A stretch of 62,746 bases of DNA, filler included, from Rhabdomonas costata (GCA_019059605.1; 39 parts of 39 records of this genome joined end to end with filler, not necessarily neighbours in it), one strand, 5' to 3'. Numbered from the whole stretch's first letter, positions 1 to 11,656 are shown. Made by a program: numbers and translations. Notes: generated by a model from the sequence alone, not told the origin.

Positions 1-1505
1 GTTTTGGTGGGGAAGTCCAGAAAGATTCAGCAGGTGGTTCTGGGTGTGGAAGAAAATCACCGTGACTGGCCCTGTCAGTCCGTAGCGGTTGCGCTGGAAG
101 TAGAGTAATCCCACTCTAACCGATGAAGCGTTCTGCGTCTCCTGTGAGGAATTGTTCCACCCTGCGGGTAGCTGCAACGTCGCATTCGCCTCCGACTGAG
201 AGCGCTGCAATGCTACGACAAGGGAGTTTTGCGGAGTTACGGCAGTGTGAAAGCTGCACAGACTCATCGCGGACTGGAAGCTGCACCACTGCTGGCCCGG
301 CACCGAGGATCGCAGCACAGCAACAGAGAGGTTCTGTACTGCATCCTCGACGTAGGTCTGCACCGGATCCTGTGCGGACTGATTCAGACGGATCAGAGAC
401 AGATCGTCGCTCGTGCCGTAAAGCGGGCGAGCCGATGCGCTGAGCAGGAGACTGTTCAGCAGGTCCATAGCAGCCGACGCGAGGTCCTCGGTCACCACAG
501 CTAACGCTGCGAGGGTGTGCGACAGTTTGAAGATCCCTCCCTTCATTAATCTCAGTTTGAAAAGACGGACAGTCATTATGACTTCTTGCCGGTTTGAACA
601 CCGGACTTTCACCAGCAAGAAAGGATGTCAAGTTAATTGGAGTCGCCGCTCCGGTGCGCATTTTCCAGGCTTGAGACAGGAGGAGGGAGGTGTGCGTGTG
701 TGCGCGGTTACCCAATACGTTGGTGATGATGGTTTGGAGCAGTTTGGCCTTCTCCGGACTTACGTTCACGCTCATGAGGCTCATCAGCATGAACATATCC
801 GTCGCAAAGTCGGTCGTCATCTCAGGCATCGTGGACACCCACTGAGATGAAGCAAAAAAGAAAAGCAGAAAGTAGCTCATCTCCACAAAATAACCGTGAC
901 GGCAGGCCAGCGTTCCGCTTCAAAACACAAATCGCAGCCCATCCTTGCCGGTCTCCTTGAAAAAGGACTTCCATTTATCGATCCACAACAGTCCTTCGTC
1001 AAATGGCCCCCACTTATTATGCCTTTCACCCTTCCTTCCTTCCTTCCTTCCTTCCTTCCTTCCTTCGCTCCTGTTCCCGTCCTCAACAGTATCATTTTAG
1101 TATAAAAAAGCGCTCAGAAACAACTGCACAACACGCACACCTCAAGAATCTGCAGTAGCAGAATAGTCTCATTGGCGGTTAAGGATGGAGAGACCGCGAT
1201 GTACTGCCCCACGGCGGCCAACGCCGTGGAGGGGTCCGAGGCATTCCACGCAGCGCTGATCAAGGCCTCCTTCTGCCTTTGTATCTCCTGCAACGGGAAC
1301 ACACACGGAGAACTACAACTCAAAGAAGATACCTGTCACACATCGCTTTCTTTTTACCAGCCAAGCTCCCGACAAAACGCAGCAGAGGCCAGGCAGAGGA
1401 AAAAGAAATGACCTCAGCGGTAGGACTGGCAGGAGGTACAGAAACAAAGGCCTGTCGGGCTGCAGTAGCCCCACAGCTGTCCACCACAGAGATCTCCAGC
1501 CCCAA
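1..1505 (-). CDS. PKD1/REJ-GAIN-like cell-surface protein, internal fragment; exons ~1505-1413, 1287-1141, 841-712, 506-1
   Basis: Three GT-AG introns join in frame (phases 0,0,1). Product: LEISVVDSCGATAARQAFVSV (REJ-end-like), a helical segment, then VRVGLLYFQRNRYGLTGPVTVIFFHTQNHLLNLSGL (GAIN subdomain B-like). The last exon is open for 506 nt and is absent from the ORF track. Confidence 0.65.
1030..1066 (+). repeat. (CCTT)n microsatellite in intron
   Basis: About 9 tandem CCTT units. Confidence 0.95.
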
Positions 1506-1512
1506 AACAAAC

Positions 1513-1612
1513 NNNNNNNNNNNNNNNNNNNNNNNNNNNNNNNNNNNNNNNNNNNNTTAATTAATTAANNNNNNNNNNNNNNNNNNNNNNNNNNNNNNNN
1601 NNNNNNNNNNNN
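1513..1612. other. Artificial contig spacer (N44-TTAATTAATTAA-N44); 38 copies at ~1.61 kb intervals through the window
   Basis: Identical 100-nt linker carrying stops in all six frames; the contigs between copies are all ~1510-1522 bp with unrelated content. Confidence 0.99.
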
Positions 1613-1763
1613 GTGGGGGTTTGTATTTTCCGAACTTTATATGGGGTATTCATGAAACGAGACAAGGACCCGACTAATTGGGAATTGATGTATGGCCGAC
1701 TCCGCACATGTGTGATTCTTTCCGCTCGGTCTCTTTTGATTCCTTGCCGTTTCGGGGCTGCAG

Positions 1764-2676
1764 GTTTCGTGAACCACGCGCAGCTGTCGTGCCTCTTCGG
1801 ATCCTCCGCACTGGTTTTCGCGGGGACTTTCGTGGACAGCCGCACCGTGCTGTGTGTGGCGCCATCCTCGGCGACGACGGATATGGGCTGCGCCGGGGCC
1901 TCCCTGGAAGTCGCAATCTCTGCGGATCGGTTTACCAGCAGTCAGGCATTGACCTTTTTTCCACATGACATTAACTTGATCTGTGGCCGTTTGGGTTCAG
2001 CGCTTGTGATGTATTGCTTGAAATTAGAACGTTTCAAGCAAGGATCTTCACGGCAAAGAAAGGCAAAGGTTGGGCCATACTCCAGGTGGATTCATCTGGA
2101 CACCGGAGGAAGATCAACGGATGTCAGCAATTAGTGAAGGAGGCCACTTTGTATTGTTGTGTATACTTGTGCAGTGGCAGGTGTCCTTCAATTTCTACCT
2201 CTTTTGCACCCACAGCACAAACCGAACCCAGGGCAAATGCTGACTACAACCAGCACAAGCCACCTACCCATCCAAAGCCATAATCACTACAGAACCTTCC
2301 ATCCTCCAATACCAAAACACAACCCCGATCCAAAACCCAGACTAACACCAACACCACCAACGCCAACAAACCAGGGCACAAAGCAGCCAATCTCCCCGCA
2401 CTACACTGCGACAGTGAAGGATGGCCTGCTGTGAGGTGAGCACGTGCTCTGGGATCACGTGGATGTGAGGTGATACCCCGCTCCCTTCCTCCCTCCCTCA
2501 CCACCCCGGCCTCAGGTGCAGCTCCAGTTCGTCTCCACCCCAGTGGTTGTCTCCGTCACCCCGAATCGGGGGATGACCACTCAGTCCACATCGGTGCTGG
2601 TGAGGGGGTTCGGCTTTGTGCCCTCGGAGCCGTACTTCAAGTGCAAATTCGGCAAGGCTGAGGTTCTTGCAGCCTC
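1764..2676 (+). CDS. IPT/TIG-repeat extracellular protein fragment; exons 1764-1945 and 2516-~2676
   Basis: GFVNHAQLSCLFG...FVDSRTVLCVAP...LEVAISADRFTSSQ|VQLQFVSTPVVVSVTPNRG...VLVRGFGF...KCKFG gives tandem IPT repeats; the in-frame join needs the GC donor CAG|GCATTG at 1946. Confidence 0.8.
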
Positions 2677-2997
2677 CGTCCGCGACAAAGCGCTTTTTCT
2701 TTCACAACTAGCGCAGAGTGGAGGGGGGGGGTGTTCTAGCCGGGATCACTTTGAACAGATTCCAGGTGTGCATGTTTTATACTGTTCCAGATACTTCAGA
2801 ATGTGTTGTAGCCGCCAACTCCTCTTTCTCTCCACCTTTGTTAAACAACACGTTGGTTTCCCCTCGACAGTTGACTTTGTCTCAGTGCTGTCCGTTTCTG
2901 TGTGTGGTTCATCCTTTCGCTTTTATGTATGCGATGCGTGGTGGTGATGGGTTCTCTATGGATGGAATGAAGCCCCCGTCGGTTCGGCACCCTATGG

Positions 2998-3100
2998 TGT
3001 GTGTTTGTGTTTCTGTTTGTGTTTGTGTTTGTGTTTGTGTTTGTGTTTGTGTTTGTGTTTGTGTTTGTGTTTGTGTTTGTGTTTGTGTTTGTATTTGTGT
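2998..3100 (+). repeat. (GTGTTT)n hexamer microsatellite
   Basis: About 16 near-perfect units. Confidence 0.95.
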
Positions 3101-3672
3101 GAGTAAGGGGCGTGCGTTTTGCGTTTGCTGTGTGNNNNNNNNNNNNNNNNNNNNNNNNNNNNNNNNNNNNNNNNNNNNTTAATTAATTAANNNNNNNNNN
3201 NNNNNNNNNNNNNNNNNNNNNNNNNNNNNNNNNNGACGGTGTACAAGAATTTTTCTTACTTGCCCCCCCGCCCCCAATGTGTTGCACTGTGCCGCCAGTT
3301 GCGTTGCAGGTTGCAGGGAAATATGGCGTAGGGAAAGTTCTCGTCAGTTTAAAATCAGGTTGATTGGCTTTGTTTTACTCAAGCGGGGTGGTTGGAGCGT
3401 TTTTTTTTAGGGGAGGGGGCCAAGGGAGTTCAAAGAAATACCCAGAATATTAGCATGAGACGATGTCTATTGATACTCTGATCTCGAACAATCGCGCTTC
3501 CGGAAGACGTCCCGAAGACCGTTAACAAAGGAGTCATCGCGTTAACAGCCGAATAATGTGGGTGCGTGTGGCCAAGCGATTGTCCTGTTTTGGGGCACGT
3601 GAAAGTAGCTTGACGGTAGCACTCTGAACAAAAAATATCCCAGCCTTCTTGCTTTCTTTTCTACGTGCGCAG

Positions 3673-4237
3673 ATCACTCCCATGGGTGGGTTCCCCCACT
3701 ACGGCTGGGTCAAGAATGACTTCATGCTCATCAAGGGCTCCGTGACAGGACCCAGGAAGAGGATGCTGATCTTCCGCAAGCTGATCCGGCCCAATGCTTC
3801 CAGGGTTGCTCAGGAGAAGATCACCCTGAAGTTTATCGACACCAGCAGCAAATACGGCCACGGCAAGTTCCAGGTGAACAGCAGTTCGTCTCGGCGTCTC
3901 GTTGTTGTCCCGAACAGAGAGTGTTACGTTACTCTTACAAAATCGCGCAGGTGAAGTTATAATCGTGGGGCCTGTTCAAGTATCTATCACATACCCATCG
4001 TGAGAAGTGCCTCGTGTGAAAAAACTGAGAATAGGTATTCGCTGTTGTTGGTAATTCTGTAAACGGCACTGACTCGTAGCATCTGCCACACGGTTGCCGG
4101 CAGGGGCAGTTTATGAAAAGAATGCCTGCGCGGGGGCGGTTGTGACGTGGCAGCCAGTTGGCCTGTTGTTTTTGTGACAGACCTCGGAAGAGAAGCTCAA
4201 GTTCCTGGGTCCTCGTAAGAAGCAGCGTCGTGCCTAA
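3673..4237 (+). CDS. RPL3: 60S ribosomal protein L3, last two exons (3673-3873, 4181-4237)
   Basis: [30 protein letters not shown]...[40 protein letters not shown] intron 3874-4180. Confidence 0.97.
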
Positions 4238-4529
4238 GCGCAGCGTGATTTTCTTTCGGTGTCCTTCTGTCTGTGTTCTTTGTGGCGGCTTGAAAGTGGT
4301 TGTCTGGGAAGACTTCGCTGATAAGGAACCTTCACAACATCCTGTGGCAGCTTGTGGTGTGGCCTCTGTGTTGAAGAGGGAATGGGAAAGATTCTTGGTT
4401 TCGGCGTTTGCCTTTGTTTGACAACAGGTCTACAAACTCCCCTAGGTTCCACACCTGGGACTGCCGCCCCAATCACTCGTATGATTAAACCGCCCACGGT
4501 CGCAGTGCTTTCACACCACGTTCTATCCG

Positions 4530-4530
<1 letters not shown>

Positions 4531-4584
<54 letters not shown>

Positions 4585-4600
4585 AACACATACACACACA
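4531..4600 (+). repeat. (CA)n microsatellite
   Basis: Long CA run; further CA/GT runs near 12130-12162, 37819-37840 and 48783-48815. Confidence 0.95.
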
Positions 4601-4853
4601 CCATCGAGCATCGCAAGAAATCAAAGCCCTTATGCCAGGGCCAACGGTAAGCCAAAGTATTCGCAGACCCACCAGGGCCAACAGCGCGGGCGCCAGTCAG
4701 TCCACAGTGGTCACCAACAACCACTCAACCAGACAACCAGGCAACACCCACACNNNNNNNNNNNNNNNNNNNNNNNNNNNNNNNNNNNNNNNNNNNNTTA
4801 ATTAATTAANNNNNNNNNNNNNNNNNNNNNNNNNNNNNNNNNNNNNNNNNNNN

Positions 4854-5318
4854 GGGTTTTTGGAAGCTCTTGCTGATCCTAGCAAAAGAAAAGGCCATAT
4901 TGAGGATTCTCGGTACGATTACGAGTTGAAAGATGCGGTCAGGACAACTTCCGCCTCTGGCTTTTCAGATGTGAATGCTGACTGCGCCGAGGCTCGGGAG
5001 CTTTTTTTGACGGATACGGACAGCGGTAAGGTTATCCGGGGTTTCCCGACGCCGTTCTTCGCCACTCATTTTGTCATTGAGAATGCCTTGATCTCCTACA
5101 TGGCGCCGCTGAGTTACTTTCCAGAGGAGGACGAGGTCCTGTTCTCTCCCATGTCGCGATATTTGGTCCGCGAGGTAGAGAGGAACTTTCCGCGAAACCC
5201 GGACAAGGTGACATTGGCATACCTCAGTCCCGAGCATGCTTCTTTTCGGGAGATTCCTATCCCGGAATCAGGGACAGCAACCCCTAGCCCCTCCGCAATG
5301 CCGCTGATCTCCGTCTGA
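4854..5318 (+). CDS. NAD:arginine ADP-ribosyltransferase (ARTC/R-S-E clade) domain, C-terminal part; possible further exons ~5429-5498, 5922-5989, 6168-6274
   Basis: TTSAS (S-x-S motif) and ISYMAPLSYFPEEDEVLFSPMSRYLV (S-x-F-P-x-E-x-E-V-L catalytic loop); downstream GT-AG-flanked segments are phase-consistent with each other. Confidence 0.8.
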   Translation, partial: GFLEALADPSKRKGHIEDSRYDYELKDAVRTTSASGFSDVNADCAEARELFLTDTDSGKVIRGFPTPFFATHFVIENALISYMAPLSYFPEEDEVLFSPMSRYLVREVERNFPRNPDKVTLAYLSPEHASFREIPIPESGTATPSPSAMPLISV

Positions 5319-6650
5319 GGTGTGAGGTGACATGATGTCAGATGCACTGGGAACCTTGCACCTGCACCCCAGGCCGGCTTCAAGCAGTTTCCCCACCATG
5401 GGTGCAAATGGTTTTCTGACTCTCGTAGAGCGTTTTAAACGGCCGGCTTGTCTTGCGGAAGCTGAGGAGACACTAGAAACCTTGTACCAAAGAAGAAGGT
5501 GAGTGAAATCAGCTTTTGTGTACATTTGCACCTTTCCCTTTCAGCGGCTCGTGTTTTTGGATGTTGCTTGTGAAGCTTACTTGTGGGCGCAGTGGCGCTT
5601 CTGCAAGCGGAGACGGAACAGCTGGCGAACGATTATTGCCCCCCCCCCTCAAAATTTTTTGGCAGTTGTCACCTGAAGTGGCTCTTTGCGTGAGTCAACT
5701 TTTGATGGGAGCACCCAAAATACTGGCACCCAAGTGCTTAACGCAATACGTTTTTCTCTCAATCCGAAAGGCATGACAATGACACCACGTTACTATCCTG
5801 TGCTAGTGATGGGTGCCGGATTGAGAGCAGTCACGCGTGCCAACAAAAGGACGTCGTAATGATGCGTTTTTATCTTTATTGTGGTTTAGCTAGTTTACGC
5901 TTTAGCATTTTCTCTCTGCAGAACACGGGACGGAAGGGTTACTGTTTCAGCCGATGGTGCCCTGGAAACACAAATCCTTGAGCATGACTGTGTTTATTCG
6001 TTTTGTTCGGCGGTGTCCTTTTATTTTTTGCAGCTACTTTAGCCCCAACGTTCTTCTTCTTATTGCCCTTTAACCCTTCTACCCTCTTGCTTCGGAAAAC
6101 CCTTGCTGGCCCACCGGTCTGTGAACCTGAACTTCACCTTCTTAGGCTATTTCATGGGGATTTGCAGATAGTCATGCCGCTGGGCCTTTGCTCCGCGGTT
6201 TTGCTGCTTCTGAGACTCCTTCTGCGGATCGAGGTCTCCGTCTTAGCGGATCATTCCTCATACAGTTGTTCTGACGCAGGTTTGTTCTGTCGAGCTTCAG
6301 GTCTCGGACTAGTTCGGTGACTCTGTCCTGGTTGGTTACACTTTTTCCTCCCACCCCCCCCCACNNNNNNNNNNNNNNNNNNNNNNNNNNNNNNNNNNNN
6401 NNNNNNNNTTAATTAATTAANNNNNNNNNNNNNNNNNNNNNNNNNNNNNNNNNNNNNNNNNNNNCTTTTTGGTGTCTGAAATTGTCTAACCCTAACCGCC
6501 CTTACCTTCAAGCTCGACGTCAACTGCGGCTTGCTTGCCACTCTTCGGCTTTCGCTATTTTTTGCTGTGCCGTCTTCGTTCTTATTCTCCTTCATCCAAA
6601 ACTACCTCTAACCATGATGCTCCTCTGTGACTTTGTGCTGTTTTCTGCAG

Positions 6651-7092
6651 TGCCGGAGACCTGGCCAGGGCACACTACGGCAGAGTACTCTGCGCGAAGC
6701 TTGCCGACGCCCACACGGCGTGTCAGAGACTTCTCCAGGCAGAGGCGGCGTCTTGTATCCAAAGAGCCTACCGTGCCCACCTCAGCACTCGGTAACCCCT
6801 CCGCCCGCCTAGCACAAGTGCCATCGTCGTTTCAGGCAATAAATCCTGACATCAGCAAGGGAAAGGAGGGGTAATGTTGTGACTGTTACCTCACATCATC
6901 CGGACTGTTCAGCGGCTTCACAATGGTGGTTGTTTGCCTGAGGGAGGTTCGTTTCTTGTCTGCGCACGCCTGCAGAGCCTACCGGCGGGACCTCTCGCGG
7001 CGGTTGCAGCAGCGCAGCCAGCATTTGCTGCAGACCGTGGTGTACGTGCAGGCTGCGGTGCAGATTCAGGCCTGCTTCCGAGGCTTCGCCAC
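6651..7092 (+). CDS. IQ calmodulin-binding motif protein; exons 6651-6791 and 6976-~7092
   Basis: AASCIQRAYRAHLSTR|AYRRDLSRR...AAVQIQACFRGFAT; GT-AG intron 6792-6975, phase 2. Confidence 0.7.
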
Positions 7093-9867
7093 GTTCATGG
7101 GGCGTCTGCCGTGCCCCCCAGTCTGCCCCTGGACGGGCAAGCCCCACTCCGAAGGGTTTGCCTTGTCCGCACCATGTTTTTCTGTGGTGGTTGCACTTTC
7201 GCCTCACTCAAGAATGCACGCGAGGCGAGAATAAAGAACGAAAGGCGACATCGACTGCTAGAACCACCTGACGAACCACCTGACTTGGATCTTTCTCCAA
7301 TGCCACGATGTGATGCTATGCTACACAGCCAACACCAGCACTGGGCTTCTATGGCCTTATATGCCACCACTGGGCTGACCATGCCATTGCTGACCACCCT
7401 CTGAGCCAACACCCCCATGCCCCTACCCGCCAGCAGCATCGAGGGCTTGCTGGGCTATTACGCCTATACCTTGACGCGCTGTTGACTTGATACCTTGACA
7501 CCCTGACCCAAGATGCTGACCTGGCTTCGGTGCACATAGAGGATCATTGATACACGTATATATTCTGATACTGTGGTGGTCACACCTATAGCCGTTCCCC
7601 GCACCGAACTTCCAGTCTACCTCCTTGATGTGATGCGGTTTCCAGTTCCATTCCATGCTTTTTTTTAGCATTAATGTGTCCTGCATGTTTTTCGCACATT
7701 TTTTGTTTATTTCAAAATTTCAGGGCATTTTTTCAGACGTTTTTGAGACATATGGTGAAGAAATTCATTCTTTCCTGTTTTCCTTTCTTAAATTGTTCAG
7801 GAGGCTTCCCTTGGATTACCTGGCGACACTTTCCCCTCTCCTTTTGCTCCAACCTCTTGGTGGATGGTCGACAGTTGTGTGTTGACCCATAGGCTGTGCC
7901 GCAGTGGGTGCAGCGGCCCTCTGCTGGAAATGCGGAAGGCGGCGAGGGCGGAGCGGCAGGCGCACCCCCCACCACNNNNNNNNNNNNNNNNNNNNNNNNN
8001 NNNNNNNNNNNNNNNNNNNTTAATTAATTAANNNNNNNNNNNNNNNNNNNNNNNNNNNNNNNNNNNNNNNNNNNNGTTGTTTGTGGGCTCTGGCGCGAGC
8101 AAGTGTGGGGGTGAGAGGGAACACCCGAGATAGGGAGGGGTTGAAGGTTAAACGCTCCGCCAAAGCCCATGAGGAAATATATACCACCCTCCGAAATAAC
8201 ATACTAGAAATACACAAATAGCAACAACTCTAACAAACGCACAGAAGACCAAATTCGTAGCTTCGTACCTCACCGGGCAACAGCGTCAAATCATTTCACT
8301 CCCCCCCTCCGCCAGAAAAAAGTGCATCCGGACCTCTCGAGATAGGAGTTCAGCGGGGTGGAGTTTTCAGGGTTGTGGCGAGAAGGCCACACAGGATTGC
8401 CAGCTCAAGAGAATAAATGAGGGCGGACACACAGGATGTTCCGCTTCGGGCATGTGCAATCAGATATATTTTTGCATGTGACCAATGAATTAGTCGTGCA
8501 TGTTGCCACTTTGCGTCACGTGCATTGTTTTGTTTTGTTTTTGGCTGAGGAAATTTGGTTATGCTTTCTTTGGATTGGGTGAAAGGACAGTCGAATGATG
8601 GGTCGCAGAGCAGCAACGACCGCAAAAACCAAAGGTGCAGAGAATGGGCTCACACCACCCGCCCCGGCAGCCGCCTGCGCTTCCCCCGGTGGTGGGCCCG
8701 AAGGTGGGGCCAGCAAAGAGGGGCGCTTTTGCAGGGTCACCGCCCCCCAGAAAGGGGACCACCGGGGAGGAAGACGAGGACACCCCTCAGACCAGCCCCG
8801 GCCCCGAAGGGGAATTCTGTTACGAGGACTACGAGACCCAGCATGCACCGGTGCAGTGCAAGATTGTTTGGATTGTCTCGCTGGGGGGTGGGGGGTGAGA
8901 TTTAACTTTATCTGACTAGGGATCACTAGATCCTTCCAGATGGTAACTCGGAGGATCTTACATGGAGCTGAGAAGCGGGGTGACGTGTTACTACTAAACA
9001 CAAAGTGGGCATTTGTGTTGCATCGTCACTGTTTTAAGTCAGTGTCAGTCTGGGTCACGAATAACTGGAGCTTCGAAAAAGTCAATGCACAACACAAGGC
9101 GGAAGTTCAGCGTGACAGGTTTTCCAAAGTGGAAGGCACTGCAGCTACAATAAGATTTACAATAAAGAAGAGGCGAGAGAGGTTTTGCAGAACATAGTGA
9201 GTTGCTTCAAACCGGGGGCTTCAATCTTTGCGAGACGTTTCTTTTGCTCCGGATTTTATGGCTTCATTGGCGCTTATCTTCTTTAAGCCACGCACGACAA
9301 GATCAAACTGTGGGAGGAACAAAAAGAAACTCGTGGTTCGCCTTATCTTTAATATCATTGAAAAGTCGTTCGCCTTTGACCCTGTATGCTTTTGAAGGGT
9401 TCACCGATATACCGCATATCAGCCCGAAAGGTGTGATAGCCGGTGAATCCGAGCGCTCTTCACGTCTTAATTGGCCCTTGATCCGAACTTGCGGAGGGGG
9501 TGGGGTTCAGGCTAACGCTGCCGCAGCAGCGCAACTGGCGCTGCAGAAACACCAGCGGCAGCGGCAACAGCAAGAGCAACACAACCCNNNNNNNNNNNNN
9601 NNNNNNNNNNNNNNNNNNNNNNNNNNNNNNNTTAATTAATTAANNNNNNNNNNNNNNNNNNNNNNNNNNNNNNNNNNNNNNNNNNNNGGGGGGGGGGTGG
9701 GAGAGAGTTCCATGGCCCAGCCTCTCCTAGGGGCCGTGCCCAACCCTAGTGATGGCTCATAAGAGTTCCTCTGCTCAGTTCTGTGATATCTCTCTCAGTC
9801 GGTCCATCCTTGCATTCAACGCGCTTTCCCTTGGTCTTTAACTTTTTATGGACACGCTTTTTTGCAG

Positions 9868-10979
9868 ACCTTCTGATCCAGGCCGGGCTGGAGAGCGTAC
9901 TGGTGGTACTGCAGCGGAGGCTGCTGCTTTTCCTCGTGGCGGCTGGTGCGGATGGGAGAGAGTGAGTTCTTGTGTGAGCCTTGCGTCTCGGGAATGCACC
10001 ACTTGAAAGTGGTCACTGCAGCACCCCGAGGCATCCGCAGGTCACGTCAATAAGACACGGGAAATTTGTGTCAGTAGGAGAACGCAACATGTTTTAGATT
10101 AAAGAACGGCAAAAAAAAAGGTGTCATTTTTTTCGACGATTAGAAGGTTGACGATAGCTGCCCCACCCTGCCCAGTGGCCTAAGGCCTAAGCTTTTTGAG
10201 CGTACTTCTGGTGTGCGTTAACGGATCCTCCACGCCCACGAATGTGACCAGTGTTTGTGTGACCGCCCCATCGATGCAGATGCGCACATAAACATGTTCC
10301 CATTTGAGACTTGCCTGCACCACCGACGCCCCACCGGTGGCGGTTGGCGGTTCGATCACAATTTGGTTCCAGACTGGTGTCTCCATAGAATGATGGCATT
10401 TTGGTTCCAGGCTTATACCATCAAGGTATCTCCCATCAAGAAAGAAACACAGAAGCACAGAACGTCGAAACTCAGGGAACCAGATGAGTGTCCGAGGCAG
10501 TTATGAAAAGCCAAAGCATACCCAAAGGATCGATATGAGTCAGGGATGCATCGTAAAGCAGAACGGAAATTTGCACTCTCCCGAGAATAGCATCATCACG
10601 CTGCTGCTAATTCCTTGGCCATAGTTGGTGTGGCCTAACCACCCAGGATCTTGGACCGCCAGCGCTTCGCGGCGGGGCGCGAGTGAGTCCCAGGGGTATC
10701 CCAACACTTAGGGAACACTAGCTAAATAACCCTGGAACCAAACAAACGATCAGACCCGGTTGGCACATCGCTGGGAGCATTTTACAGGGAATTGGAGCAG
10801 GATTTGAAGGTGAAGTTTGGGCCTTACTGCCGCACTGAATGTGGTGTCCTCTGCCGTCCACCCACCCACGCCGCACTCACTCCTTTTCAGGAGCTCAACC
10901 ATTTGCATGCTTCACAGGTGCACATCCAGTGCTGTACAAGAGTGAGCTGCTCCATCTGTTCCTCTCCCAGACCCCTCAG
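9868..10979 (+). CDS. PX-domain (sorting nexin-like) protein fragment; exons 9868-9945 and 10918-10979
   Basis: Spliced product LQRRLLLFLVAAG|AHPVLYKSELLHLFLSQ matches the PX C-terminal pattern RR-x-L-x-x-FL...HP-x-L-x-x-S-x-x-x-x-x-FL. Confidence 0.7.
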
Positions 10980-11656
10980 GTAGTGATTGTGTGTGCGTGC
11001 CAACCCCTGGGGCAGGCTCCAGTCCAATGTGCGTGGGGGATGTCAACGTTTTCTGTCGTGCTGTGCGTTGGGTCTACTTTATATGTGAGACTATAAGTAA
11101 TTACACTCGGAAACTCTGAAAATGGAATCGACGGTTTTCCATTCGAAGTGTTTATAGCCCATAAAAATCCCGTAACCCCAAACCCAAACACACCCACANN
11201 NNNNNNNNNNNNNNNNNNNNNNNNNNNNNNNNNNNNNNNNNNTTAATTAATTAANNNNNNNNNNNNNNNNNNNNNNNNNNNNNNNNNNNNNNNNNNNNGG
11301 GTTTTTTGGAACCTCTGTTCAAGCTGCTTGCGCTTGCGCTGGAGGGTGCTGCAAAGCCGTGCGAGACTTTGAGTGTGTGAGAGGTGTGTGGATGTGAGTT
11401 GTGTAGCTCCCGAAACCCGTGGCCCCGTCTAAACGCTATGTTTCAAATCGCTCAGAAAAACCACTACGGCTCCCCCACCACATCCAAAAAACAAAAGAAG
11501 GTACATCGCCTCCTCACCACATGCAAACATATGAATTCAAATCCCAGTGAAGCGTACCCCGGCTCCTGACACAGTGTGAACGGTTGCCAATGATGCCTGA
11601 CACCACAGATTGCTTCACAAGAATCATTGTGTGCATTTGTGTGTCGTCCTATAAAG

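Noticed and set aside
116..886. 256-aa minus-strand ORF in the track
   Set aside because: It reads through introns and uses the wrong frame for 506-1; the spliced model explains the region.
1557..1568. Regularly spaced TTAATTAATTAA, resembling a repeat array
   Set aside because: Synthetic six-frame-stop linker embedded in N runs; not CRISPR or genomic.
3874..4180. Possible snoRNA in the RPL3 intron
   Set aside because: No box C (RTGATGA) with box D and terminal stem, and no convincing H/ACA layout.
6486..6505. CTAACCCTAACC telomere-like words
   Set aside because: Only two units; not a telomere.
6762..6984. 11-bp direct repeat AGAGCCTACCG near both ends of an intron, suggesting a TSD or non-canonical intron
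   Set aside because: Both copies encode RAYR of IQ-like repeats, and a canonical GT-AG intron (6792-6975) keeps the frame.
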